This document shows, piece by piece, positions 15,001-20,093 of a stretch of DNA of 64,000 nucleotides. Made by a program: the position numbers and the translations under genes. Positions within the stretch are counted from its first letter, which is position 1. Each line of letters starts with the position of its first letter. The notes beneath the pieces were generated by a model. That model saw only the letters and a program-made list of their open reading frames with translations. It ran no database searches and was not told where the DNA came from. The DNA comes from an uncultured bacterium. Lineage in GTDB: Bacteria > Omnitrophota > Omnitrophia > Omnitrophales > Aquincolibacteriaceae. The stretch is taken from contig CAZSFZ010000005.1 in assembly GCA_964606385.1 (NCBI GenBank), positions 40,650 to 104,649 on the forward strand, given 5' to 3'.

Positions 15001-17764
15001 TTACGCGTACCGCTTGAACGAACAGGAAGAGGAATTCCTCGCAAAACGTGCCGAGGAGATCCGCCGGAAGGCCGGGGCCGAGCCGTCCGCCGAGGTGACC
15101 GACCTGAAGTTCGCTTCCCTTGAAGATATCCGGCAGCAGTTCCGTCAGCATCCGACGCTCTTTGTCGAGGACATGCTGATCCTCTTCGACCCGCAGTTGA
15201 ATCGGGACCTGGAGGTCACGGAAGACCTTCTTCGCGAAAGCAAGGTCCAGGAAAAGATTCCGGCTGTGGCGGGTCTGAGCCAGAACGTGCGGGAGGTCAA
15301 GCAGCGGCTCCAGAGGTCGCTTGAGGATCCGAGAGAGGATTTCGACGCGGTCGTGCTGGTCGTGAACCCGGCGTTTACGGGTGTGGTGCGCGAGGCCTTG
15401 GAGGGATTGAAGGGGATCGCGTATAACCCCGCGCTCAGGATCGCGGTCGTGGAAGAAGAGCCCGCGGGGAGCATTACGGATTCATTGGTCGGTGCCGACA
15501 TAGCATTGCGTCAAATGTTCGGAGAAAACTACGCGTCGCAAGTGGCCGATAAGAAGGTCGCGATCATCACGATGTCCGGTTTCGGAGCGCGGATGCCGAC
15601 CGATTTCGGTAAAGGGCTCTTGTCCTTGCCGGGCGGACGGACATACCTGGAACAAATACTGCGACAGCGTTTCTTCTTCCTGGACAAGAACTTCCGCGGG
15701 TTGATGGTCCTTTCGATCGATGGCATCAAGATCCCTCAGTTCATGCCTGAGATGGGCAAGGCCGGTATCCAGGTCATCGGATTGCCGATGGCCCGGACGG
15801 ATGAGAACGTCGGAGAACTGGGGCTTTTCGTCGTGAGCGATCCGTTCCGTCCCGGTGCGCAACCCATCCAATATGCTTTTGAAAAGTTACCGCGCTCTCA
15901 ACGGGATGATTATGCCGCCCGGCAGTTGATCCCGGGCCGGTACGTCAATGTATCGCAGGCGGATTATCCTCTTTCCTGGGAAGCTTATACATGGCTGCTG
16001 GAACAGGTGCGGGCGATGCAGCAAACGCTTGAAACGAAATATCGGGCCGAAGGGAAGAGCTATCGCGACGATAATGTGGCTTACAACTGGGCCGAGCATT
16101 TGTTCGAGCTGGCGTTTTTGCCGGAAGACCTGGTTCCGGACTATCTGGAGCGCTCGGTGGAGCGTTCGGGTCCCATGGACAAGGATGTTTTTGATCAGTT
16201 CCTGCGCATCGCGCGCGAGGCGAGGCAGCGTTTCGGTATGGAATTCGTCAACGTGGGGACCGATTCCGTTTACCATAACACGAACCGTCCCGATCAATAC
16301 CGCGATTTTCTGATCTCGCTCCTGTCGAACGCGGCCGTGCGGGACATGTTCGATCTTGTGGAGCGCCAAGGAAAGCTGGTCGATCTGCAGGCGGAGCAGG
16401 TCAGTCCGTCCGTGTTCAGCTCTCCGATCGAGAGCGGCGTGCTGGTCTCCAAAAGTATCATTGACCTCGGCGTGCAGATGAAAAAAGGAAGCGTTGTTTT
16501 CAATAGCGCGCTGGTGGCGGGTACCAAGATCGACACGCAGGGAGCCGTCATCAACAGCGTGGGGCGCTTCATCGTGCCGCGCGGGGCGATCGTGGACTCC
16601 GTGATCGCTCCTGCGGAAGGTCTGGAAGTGCTGCCGGATAGCTACACGCGGGGGTATTTTGTCAAAAGGCCGGACGGAAAGATCGAGCAGATCCTCGTGT
16701 CGCTCCCGGTGAAGATCCTGGTTACAAGCGGGCAGGCGGCTGATCTAAAGGTGACGGATGTGAAGAGCGCCTTGGATGGTAAACGCTTGAGCCGTTTCGA
16801 GATCTTCCCTCGAGCGGAGCATTTGGCGAATAGGATCCCGTCCTTGGCTGAAGAATCCCCGGAAAAATATTCATTGGATGAGATCCGCAAAGATCTCGAT
16901 CGTGACATGGCTTGGCAGTTCCGTCGGCAGTTGGTCCAGGCCGCCCAAGATCAATCGATGACCGCCTTCCGCCTTGCGGAGAACATGAAAGCTTCTCTTG
17001 CTCAAAAAGGCATGGTCGAAATGAAGCGTTCGGAATTGCGGGAAACGGAAGCGGAAGTCCTCCCGGCAGAAACCGGCGATATTCAGGCAAAAACGGAAGC
17101 TGCCCTCGTGGAATCGCGCGATGATGAGATCGCCGAGGCGATCCAGGCGGCCGTGAAGGAATCTGCGGCGATGCGTCAGGAGATCAGGCTGCAGACCGAA
17201 GTTTTGAGTCAGGATGCGATGCGTGCCGAGGTGCGGATGACCGCGAAAATCATTGAGATGATGAAAGACCTGGGCTTGCAGTCTTACGGCGATCAGACGC
17301 GCTTTGTGGTGCCTTTTGACCAGGATCTCATCCAGAGTCTGATCAAGAATAACCCGAAGGCCAAGATCGTGATCGTGACGAAGTCGTTGGAGGAGAAAGC
17401 GACGGCCGAAGAGCGTACGGCGGGATTCACGGAAGCCACGGGTGTTGTGTTCGATTACGTAGTGAGCAGGAACTTCCAGCTCGATGTCCGTAATATTGCC
17501 GCCGACCAGGCGAAGGAACTGGGTCTCGAGGTCGTCTCCGGTCAACGGAACCGCAGCGTTCTCTTGGTCCGTAAGATCGCGGATGCCGCCATGACGGCCG
17601 AGAAGATCAACCGGGCTTATGCTCTGGTAGGCCAGATGTTCGGTATTGTCGCGATCGTGGGCTTCCAACCCGATGTGTCCGTCGATTTCGCGACCGATCA
17701 CTCGATCGCCGACATCCTGCAATCCGAGATCAGCGCCCAGCAGGCGATCGGCAAGTCCGCATAA
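20..17764 (+). CDS. Giant multidomain membrane-associated protein (5914 aa); the 5' end may extend beyond the window, since the frame is open from nt 2. Modules: N-terminal charged/coiled-coil region; 3 TM helices (~6098-6430); HEAT/PBS-lyase-like repeats (~6790-7500); 12+ TM helix block (~8740-10640); DUF218/YdcF-like (~10850-11230); two tandem ~500-aa modules (~11396-14365); Nudix-like (~14430-14890); sugar-nucleotidyltransferase-like plus left-handed beta-helix (~15550-16620)
   Basis: A single stop-free frame of 17.7 kb in the standard code, which cannot arise by chance at this GC content. Motifs read directly from the sequence: DPRAIPAL/DSRAIPTL HEAT-like repeats; LIMVFGSGDLRV...IFVHAPFHVLRG (DUF218-like); GHVDAGMSYAKTILKEAPEEMGM (degenerate Nudix box); ITMSGFGARMPTDFGKGLLSLPGG (NTP-transferase-like G-x-G-x-R) followed by hexapeptide-repeat segment VVFNSALVAGTKIDTQGAVINSVGRFIVPRGAIVDSV; many hydrophobic 20-23 aa segments. 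RSE[LV]R motifs at 7556, 11396, 12851, 12893, 14351 and 17027. Confidence 0.85.
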   Translation: MNIEEFRQALRTPGGIAGLKARLEIAGMSDSKTDALRKELEALRQMRRGIHSKQFTSVWAKLGYDTGAFRANVGMNMRLFGGDYRARLKVNEYEQEKKADQIEEREQALLFEMERNLTSLISTAEQKDLARQRLQVLMNGWEENRRSTALGLIGGDAGFDDERKLVEAYHALNAVDQAHMWNWTDFNLFLVRGNINPSILGVAAQAAAGTAEITPVPAQSKAKVEVLTKEDIGLDAFQSDRKVIGETDKRAEFQPNARDLMTSLGLGVSLSAAEVQKSEALFKEAEEGLKAARSGRDAAARRVQEQQKKVDSLARELESLKVSEKAKAEKKDGFLNWLLGLFGVGEQFSGTLKSALIAKDLEKAEQELVRLKADLAKAEQDRQEWEVKAREADGQRRASLSAQGLEELIAKILGANVDSHNLASTLGKEGLQLRYLNALIQAAKFDGAERILEKLLNGQKLQAFWEQDVGASFLADPAATDALQEIRLGAVKSEDPSKDVSFLRYVGFLDFVVARHVDWALLSPEFRAKAKINTPADANRWFLELFGTLVQARDLLQQHYRNLPDSAFPAGTDKVAMAKLKLGIPLDINAPAEFGMIWGLAYDAKLRGIDLGRGEAIFNEEITEEKDFDGDKKPDVTVTRKYEEILRESFPDYSLNKRWRAVQDRRINSDERRYGMEEAWEFRAIVHGKFAPDGSVTLNQIDQDQTVEQARTLAVQAALRQSGVRKEHWGKVAYAVGMMKTLMDTNIPAPMEGFEALARLRQIAADVAAVQSKKSGGAVLTPVEEKILADAAEKEKVAMRILVQDKFVQSSGAFAARESLTLLLKNVGTLSPSDKTAYYDLIETSMVDAKDGIELGRAMGLLNTLLHGSGFESSEERAAWIKMDLSKRIEKMKQLLGTAFNLNKVISYPIASDETGELLGRLLAIAGDLDKGTDAWTEFFDKDGNLAGTEEKNQVKIDRARRLSTKLFHTILTPEGQAAILKYAADVDEMSIHESKNKRGKEGDVAAIARDLALNDRLQTLDDVKEELSIRTQIFQEAPKLGEDFRLHATELNFYSDMFREFRDLYTQMTVPQLFDLIKAAMSSRGELLQTTIPSLEQRVKPELLTTDDYKAFLEKARYLSGQTMDFSAAFQLVTDFFNDQKRRVPEKRAAFEDAASWIAEQEKIKTLLQAGYMLTHFDEAGDPLPMEGSDISSWIDNIRRGFFGEDQIAAVMDNVQVLKYDGDIEILNNVAKGKFLRAYAGRVLLAGAMSEADVSKVLDAIFSKIDSRGRYDFKAIEAEIQARIQNPEARQKVLEAMNKFPVFKYWEKMGLARDAVNLKRSPEWMRLWFDFVAVLEEASLVEANKMVDTAQLSFAVRRSLKGTVTVDSMKSFLMGPEDPWYKKPFSWAQNKRLFRQMRFVDEYHDFAFMDMGPAINDYQRLVGTWNMVFKQLPGTAEVDFGTEIWNAMDKDPVFSQWKISDREALQRQAIAHFQMIDASFADKYYAALVGKRTQLTEAENQEIWGKVRAAQEAVRAQMKQTVIDSLISRAKGEPDRAAFRKESLTLSAELLGLRGAAKDAWKSRRDFYDENRAFPEGKTEKEIASGLQTMYTELLAKIPAGDRGFYPKELDKYTLEALVKEMIVWGYTMNDVFYRFVQLNYEVEGAYRKALKIPDSTRLTRVQSGEVSAYTEELFKSVGFLISGAYPGEAEALKRVGRPLDGIITTELARFQDRLVLRDQLKDLFTKKFGNTTQIHESKTEVDRKAYLWATKLQERVKTVKDVEVWVTQAQALMTTAPQLSVSEALALMDTWIDLGIADAPSTEKVWDDAQMKSEWDTYRTGLVAYAQGPGYEKAWRNFWLYDPATQVMRDFNSPEFQALVNARIAQRKISPVQLKALIDQVMKTDALIRKIMRQQDEKSISDKTRLIEGIRSISIVDLLFYYDAISNPGEKIDFIDIAAETSGRRDEMLPQMQAWQKMVQDAISSAKKFELEEGMLPEKFDLTEFTTPKAPAPVEGKFQQWRNEFDWKFKQMLRGTLDLEKHGWVNIAIISAIAGALLFIVSLLRDIARKTVLKKIGHGKIYDNDLKSPQSQQGFDWGYRFYAAFIFAATTGIMGVFASVKNLDVFWSPAFVFTIAANFYLIYHIVNIFFQYFVGNLGARPVYPMKPSGGSQPLLSGESDELQAKVLVRLLQKLAAASPDARPLIGDQVEASITRVLKQRTGEYPATADIVPSIVGQLAAAPDTEVAVRDWLDSLPAARSETRAESQPRSQMRLTDVQEKQFQKAMDGAQDKWWYNFFPDGGEKRRIDAMQALAEFKDSRAIPTLIKIWESSLSGGNADSFLERAIRNSAQRALKTFESHEFVPELIDALNNATDSGMRYVFRIFSTLKDPRTFPVLLNALKDARLSYRLSAVRALTEMSDAQFVPELMTVLNDDSPEVCVLAAGAILKFNDPQTFPKLVDALVRVLERLPRGGEHTTAGDDAMKLLGELKDPRAIPALSQFERRHGHAQWTSLRVWSDALESIKKGTQERSELRSEEDEAREDAELEFREAAARGKWKTMPPMPPVGQIQALQELLRPDRDDLGEMQAWIGHLVRVLEETPPSLKLFLFARDWDSPTSKEEGMTAKEFMLAAMRNAKTVDGRRVDLLKEFGDRVVVFTRSGSFEKPYDYQAIMRWLKTGKHTLEGRISEDIADPAKRAAFEHKWGADKEWDKWEGHNARKALEPVPSNEPELDEQGLPRKDEKGNIVYKPTLDENGNVVYPLERIPLINGVLDNRTGEEISLDADPKKWPPLVQSLRNTELGKSSVEHLLVFDAEIGMTGEDVFWTFAKMNDPRNKRHGMFEPRQIVRNEAETVQTFNEATAGGSLWFTHGALSRFFNRIRAFGKFGIKVNKYYDDIMEPTVDDPYGPYIGASVRASDMILHPTAFKLTKFFIFIVVPVAVTLCVNAVIGLGVFLAAFSLLPRFFAKWPHVKGSGTSRALLSHDEWEAVFTPVALMNDIVMEDDAKPKPINWLERLYRWIGTFDANSILARARNAHIFRQSSRVFNNVIIRGLFATAIWLVVILVGGAETSVPGLGGVARPLLGELLYAGTMIALLHTKITGPLMNYLKKLGWGWGSVVAVIMGAAIWKFQLDALFFMVALSGLVALVAIFLPHGWGTNLYFHIGERELSGTVRLKGDIKQTRLKTALSAPLQMGDIVNQGGEETVASTGFLLNYLDYSVRYIRKAFSSVFAMLKTKRVTALAQPKIPKETIFDAIRALRVTVTIGLVLLFGMWGAGWMPDAGLGALQVGFWGQLGIALFYSLVFLGNYVHIFQKWIATKINLAKAKENLEKEKIKEKEMEVIAARNATANGTTLEEEKIKLRKAGMGANLSRSADFQAEIDDAKHASRLNKKDILRTLFHPIALLAAVYLAPYYGPLLDQHLLGRALPIHLALIGGPFIAFFLGFEFHKTKLLKYFAEKSRPIATLIGSITWAGTFWYYVAMERLPWLGALYHNALGWLGIMSTTSSAEGFVISGTGLGAMLGTNPVFVLLHIFVFVGVSLLVVIGAGLGIYHYVESLLTKNIKNTEIGVLKKALKDWKKYNEKMAERKAASQAQSPDARSEMRNAVLTDLTKIMARQDALPEKADLIMVFGSGDLRVAAEVAEMYKAYAAKGVSLKVLVAGKGDKTEKPEAELYKNEMVARGVPAEAVLIEPTSMNMKENAEFTQKVLVVEKEKSGFDPQDIIFVHAPFHVLRGADAAVKVFGTKIKAIHAAYVPTATELQDAKVIATLEKQAPRVAEMPSIAESAAIKAKLDEYKALTAPSAVPPARSELRTPEQEALVQPVRMMTDAMLEMVTTETLANKFREFMRADILLTLAPENKMLFYSAGPATGKGAVLGASFLAEDGEIAAPYQDLVQKFVLGHQRDFRPGDKEKDGRHYHFRSQRGYWASKYAALKDAGYFEIRMINNQEQMLPIRTFTDYDVPVEHVQNAGLINPQDVVVSYEIPEGQRMRTELVVERPGEGRVTLRDIIIPADKQGTFLPEDEVVNVSGSTVTVNRRIIGLNEMLAANRFTVFEGGYDWFRWIQENHPGALTLFLSPFEEADFEKRSKNMAWILSAKDSAGRKLFQTPLDVYLAFEAIDMLVEGKDLGAFGKIAPRGELDITGQTDLQETVVRIVQHLRSGAYPVQEANESVILGSRFIQDLNNVMGNFGAPQIAAKDYMLARALANELQHRTMSRKGAEPQPFYVSNKQSNAYERILEGIFQIMTRHNYGAGNVLPNARIADEQQRKEALAKLGDKFARRLFEHTIAGIRRSELREDETPVTVSRSEVRSAEEVIRHVKEMPAADFDALKVPELVELTRAMIRTGAFKHFPGLEEKMMVFSAGPGTGKGTLLKVTFKVEAADLEKDPTARAPFEDLVDRFVLYHSRAARIDVETGLSEKDGEDYHFRNNTDYQFEVQPENVKKGTYLRSLAAQGLPLEIQEINRQAQGMAVNDFPDGEPGVVVADVGGTGLSQLKTGDLVIDFDRRQGLLRVMHQENERTEVLGISIPRDKKGLFLPGDRIEGVHGTTVTVKRSIRGITGLFSGDRLGFLEGGYEWFRYLKDQYPKIWTCFLAPLSPAELQQRIYNEAAIDSAFKDPEANALAHHIMFARMAELNREIDLRLQTEMEMIRAEVAKGENGKYGSMDPVLLNNSKLIKSPRFKRELDSLLQKYNMPPVSVERLKQAEALAYEIQRRLITRDPIQPFLDGADKPTDRLNRVLTGIFQNFTSEQYSQTVVNRFGYTREQRKANLAQLSDEFMDGYLRHVLAAVRRSEVRVQTVSDLLDVVGEDDQATGQQVERNVAHETGVRHRAAVLFAFNRKGELLIQKRGMEKDVFPDTWTFSASGHVDAGMSYAKTILKEAPEEMGMSLDPQRLNVIGATGMPWSSLKQYAYTFSTDDVAKTQEAIEKAHERLVRDGVLPARLEFDNLLWRVWPDPAKGKVTVFLYKLSSKLDTALDAARDKVSPVLREMVGEYEQRTIMNRDNRTHYAYRLNEQEEEFLAKRAEEIRRKAGAEPSAEVTDLKFASLEDIRQQFRQHPTLFVEDMLILFDPQLNRDLEVTEDLLRESKVQEKIPAVAGLSQNVREVKQRLQRSLEDPREDFDAVVLVVNPAFTGVVREALEGLKGIAYNPALRIAVVEEEPAGSITDSLVGADIALRQMFGENYASQVADKKVAIITMSGFGARMPTDFGKGLLSLPGGRTYLEQILRQRFFFLDKNFRGLMVLSIDGIKIPQFMPEMGKAGIQVIGLPMARTDENVGELGLFVVSDPFRPGAQPIQYAFEKLPRSQRDDYAARQLIPGRYVNVSQADYPLSWEAYTWLLEQVRAMQQTLETKYRAEGKSYRDDNVAYNWAEHLFELAFLPEDLVPDYLERSVERSGPMDKDVFDQFLRIAREARQRFGMEFVNVGTDSVYHNTNRPDQYRDFLISLLSNAAVRDMFDLVERQGKLVDLQAEQVSPSVFSSPIESGVLVSKSIIDLGVQMKKGSVVFNSALVAGTKIDTQGAVINSVGRFIVPRGAIVDSVIAPAEGLEVLPDSYTRGYFVKRPDGKIEQILVSLPVKILVTSGQAADLKVTDVKSALDGKRLSRFEIFPRAEHLANRIPSLAEESPEKYSLDEIRKDLDRDMAWQFRRQLVQAAQDQSMTAFRLAENMKASLAQKGMVEMKRSELRETEAEVLPAETGDIQAKTEAALVESRDDEIAEAIQAAVKESAAMRQEIRLQTEVLSQDAMRAEVRMTAKIIEMMKDLGLQSYGDQTRFVVPFDQDLIQSLIKNNPKAKIVIVTKSLEEKATAEERTAGFTEATGVVFDYVVSRNFQLDVRNIAADQAKELGLEVVSGQRNRSVLLVRKIADAAMTAEKINRAYALVGQMFGIVAIVGFQPDVSVDFATDHSIADILQSEISAQQAIGKSA
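11396..14365 (+). repeat. Intragenic tandem duplication of a ~1.47-kb (~490 aa) module inside giant ORF 1 (copy A ~11396-12865, copy B ~12893-14365); copies are diverged at the DNA level but clearly homologous at the protein level
   Basis: Both copies share the ordered motifs M(L/V)F(Y/F)SAGPxTGKG, DLV(Q/D)(K/R)FVL(G/Y)H, (K/D)GxxYHFR, GxTVTV(N/K)R, (F/L)EGGY(D/E)WFR(W/Y), QPF...GIFQ, and both end in (I/V)RRSE(L/V)R. Confidence 0.7.
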
Positions 17765-17787
17765 CACAAGCCTCACTATGGCTTGTC

Positions 17788-17857
17788 GTGGAACGGGGAA
17801 CGCAGAACGGTAAACGATGCTTTAGACGTTCCGCGTTTCCCGTTTCCCGTTACCCGG
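17788..17857. repeat. Inverted-repeat element made of tandem GGNAACG-type heptamers (4 units per arm, 10-nt loop), 24 nt after the stop of giant ORF 1; likely intrinsic terminator or REP-like element
   Basis: Forward arm GTGGAACG GGGAACG CAGAACG GTAAACG, loop ATGCTTTAGA, reverse arm CGTTCCG CGTTTCC CGTTTCC CGTTACC CGG; the arms are reverse complements unit by unit. Confidence 0.6.
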
Positions 17858-17862
17858 CCTTT

Positions 17863-17871
17863 TGCTATACT
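17863..17871 (+). promoter_or_regulatory. Extended -10 element TGcTATACT ending 7 nt before the nadE ATG; implies a leaderless or near-leaderless nadE transcript
   Basis: TGCTATACT at 17863-17871; nadE ATG at 17879 with no Shine-Dalgarno sequence in between. The same 9-mer recurs at 20094-20102 and 24615-24623 upstream of other genes. Confidence 0.4.
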
Positions 17872-17878
17872 TCCACTC

Positions 17879-19549
17879 ATGAAAACTCCCTTGAAGATCG
17901 CCATCGCGCAAATGAATCCGACCGTGGGGGACTATGAGTCCAATACGGCGCGGATCCTGCGGTGGATCGATCTTGCCGAGCGGCAGGGCGCGGATCTGAT
18001 CGTTTTTCCCGAAGCCGCGCTTTGCGGTTATCCCGTCTGGGACCTGGCCAATAAAAAGCAATTCCTCGCGGAAGGGATGAAGAGTCTTGGCCGTATCGCG
18101 GCTTCAACCAAGCGAAAAAAGATCGCGGCTGTTGTGGGCTTTATTGCTCCGTGCAAACTGCACGGCAAACGGACCACGGGGAACTCGCATAACGCCTTGG
18201 CCTGGGTCGAAAAGGGGAAGGTCCGGACGGTCTATCACAAACAGCTTCTGCCCACCTATGATGTCTTCCTCGAGGAGATCTTCTTCCGCCCCGGAACTGA
18301 TACCAAAGTCATTCCGTTCAAGGGCCATAAGATAGGCCTTACGGTCTGCGAGGATATCTGGGACGAGAAGTATGAGGTGAAGCCGCTCGCTGCTCTTGCG
18401 AAAAAGAAAGTAGATCTTGTGATCAATATTTCCGCCTCGCCCTATTACCGCGGTGTCGCCGCTTCTCGTGAGAAACTTTTGAAAGGCCATGTGCAGCGTT
18501 ACGGTTTCCCGATCCTTTATGTGAATCAGGTAGGGGGGCAGGATGATCTTCTCTTCGACGGGCAGAGCATGTTTGTGGGTGAAAACGGCAAGATCCTTTT
18601 CAGGGCTCCCGCGTTCAAAGAAGATCTCTTCTTTTTCGATCCGACCCAGATCCGACCCCGGAGGTCGGATGGGCCGTTTCGACCTCCGGGGTCGGATCCG
18701 GTTAGCGAGCTGTATCAAGGGCTTGTCATGGGAGTGCAGGATTATTTTCGCAAGAACGGTTTCAAGAAGGCCGTGATAGGGTTAAGCGGCGGCATTGATT
18801 CGGCGCTTGTGGCCGCGATCGCGGTGGATGCCTTGGGAAAAGAGGCTGTCAAGGGCGTGACGATGCCCGGGCCGTTCTCATCGGAGGGGAGCTGGAAGGA
18901 TTCGGCGGAGCTTGCGAAAGCGCTTGGGATCGAGTTTGAGGTGTGGCCGATTAAGGAAATGTACCGGACGTTTCTTAAACAACCGCCTCGGGGAACGGGG
19001 AACGGGGAACGCAAACTTACATTAGCAATGGAAAATCTCCAGGCACGTCTCCGCGGGATGGAGCTTATGTATATTTCCAATGATGAAAACCGGCTTGTTC
19101 TGACGACCGGGAATAAGTCCGAGCTCGCGATGGGATACTGCACGCTGTACGGCGATATGGCGGGCGGCCTGGCCGTGATCGGGGATGTGTATAAGACCGA
19201 GGTCTACCGCTTGGCGCGATACAGGAATTCCATTCGCAAAGCAATCCCGGAATCCACGCTGACCAAGGCGCCTTCCGCAGAACTCCGGCCGAACCAAAAG
19301 GACCAGGATTCGCTGCCCTCGTATGAGGTGCTTGATGAGATCCTCGGGCTTTATATCGAAAAGAACCTGAGCCGCGACGAGATTGTCCGTAAGGTTCGCA
19401 AGAGGATCCCTGAGGCGGTCGTGGCCGATGTGGTTCGCAAGGTCGATCATAATGAGTACAAACGCCGCCAGACGCCGCCCATCCTGCGTGTGACCGAAAA
19501 GGCGTGGTTTGGCCGCCGCATGCCGATCACGAACCGATTTGCCGGATAG
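17879..19549 (+). CDS. nadE: Glutamine-dependent NAD+ synthetase (N-terminal nitrilase/CN-hydrolase domain plus C-terminal NAD synthetase domain)
   Basis: KIAIAQMNPTVGDYESN...LIVFPEAALCGYP (CN-hydrolase) and GLSGGIDSALVAAIA (SGGxDS PP-loop) ...GNKSELAMGYCTLYGD. The start is taken at the internal ATG 17879 (MKTPLKIAIAQ) rather than the ORF-track start 17783, which overlaps the upstream repeat element. Confidence 0.9.
   Translation: MKTPLKIAIAQMNPTVGDYESNTARILRWIDLAERQGADLIVFPEAALCGYPVWDLANKKQFLAEGMKSLGRIAASTKRKKIAAVVGFIAPCKLHGKRTTGNSHNALAWVEKGKVRTVYHKQLLPTYDVFLEEIFFRPGTDTKVIPFKGHKIGLTVCEDIWDEKYEVKPLAALAKKKVDLVINISASPYYRGVAASREKLLKGHVQRYGFPILYVNQVGGQDDLLFDGQSMFVGENGKILFRAPAFKEDLFFFDPTQIRPRRSDGPFRPPGSDPVSELYQGLVMGVQDYFRKNGFKKAVIGLSGGIDSALVAAIAVDALGKEAVKGVTMPGPFSSEGSWKDSAELAKALGIEFEVWPIKEMYRTFLKQPPRGTGNGERKLTLAMENLQARLRGMELMYISNDENRLVLTTGNKSELAMGYCTLYGDMAGGLAVIGDVYKTEVYRLARYRNSIRKAIPESTLTKAPSAELRPNQKDQDSLPSYEVLDEILGLYIEKNLSRDEIVRKVRKRIPEAVVADVVRKVDHNEYKRRQTPPILRVTEKAWFGRRMPITNRFAG
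18649..18698. repeat. Perfect 19-bp inverted repeat (GATCCGACCCCGGAGGTCG / CGACCTCCGGGGTCGGATC) with a 12-nt loop, lying in-frame inside the nadE inter-domain linker; preceded by a direct repeat of GATCCGACCC
   Basis: Arms 18649-18667 and 18680-18698 are exact reverse complements. The element translates as RPRRSDGPFRPPGSDP without disrupting the frame. Confidence 0.8.
18989..19011 (+). repeat. Three tandem CGGGGAACG heptamer units inside the nadE coding sequence (encoding GTGNGE); the same unit family as the intergenic inverted-repeat elements
   Basis: cggggaacggggaacggggaacg, read directly from the sequence. Confidence 0.6.
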
Positions 19550-19583
19550 CAAATCGGAGCCCACGGCCGACAGACTGCAGCAA

Positions 19584-20063
19584 ATGAACAGCCTACAAAA
19601 AACACCGGTCAAAACAAAGGCCGGGATTTTTATGCTTGAGTTCAGCCCGAAGGGGCTTTATGCGGTCCGTTTTCCGTCTAAGATGCCTGATTCCACCCCA
19701 CCTGCGAGGTGGGGTGGGTTCGGGAAGAAGCGATTGAAGCTCGATTTGACGGGCTACACACCATTCCAACGCAGGGTGTACGCGGCGCTTCGAAAAGTCC
19801 CTGCGGGAAAGACCATTACCTATGGGGAACTCGCCAAGCGGGCGGGATATCCGGGGGCAGCCCGCGCGGTCGGGAGCGCGATGCGCAAGAACCGGCTTCC
19901 GATCGTGATCCCATGTCACCGGGTCATTCAAGGAGACGGAAGCTTGGGAGCCTATTCGGCGGGAGTGAAGTGGAAAAGGTTTTTGCTCGAGTGTGAGAAA
20001 GTATTGGCGTGTCAGAGTGTCAACGTATCAAAGTGTTATAACGATAGGGCCATGACACGCTGA
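19584..20063 (+). CDS. ogt: Methylated-DNA--protein-cysteine S-methyltransferase (Ogt/MGMT)
   Basis: The active-site motif PCHRVI and a helix-turn-helix DNA-binding region (TYGELAKRAGYPGAARAVGSAMRKN) are present. Start is uncertain: ATG 19584 or ATG 19632. The ORF-track start 19509 would overlap nadE. Confidence 0.8.
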   Translation: MNSLQKTPVKTKAGIFMLEFSPKGLYAVRFPSKMPDSTPPARWGGFGKKRLKLDLTGYTPFQRRVYAALRKVPAGKTITYGELAKRAGYPGAARAVGSAMRKNRLPIVIPCHRVIQGDGSLGAYSAGVKWKRFLLECEKVLACQSVNVSKCYNDRAMTR

Positions 20064-20093
20064 TACTTTGATACCCTGAAACTTTATTTTTTG

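Noticed and set aside
17783-17878. Upstream extensions of nadE (17783), ogt (19509) and acetyl-CoA synthetase (52562) given by the ORF track
   Set aside because: The extensions overlap the preceding gene or the heptamer repeat element, and lack family sequence. Internal ATGs with better context (17879, 19584, 52643) were used instead.
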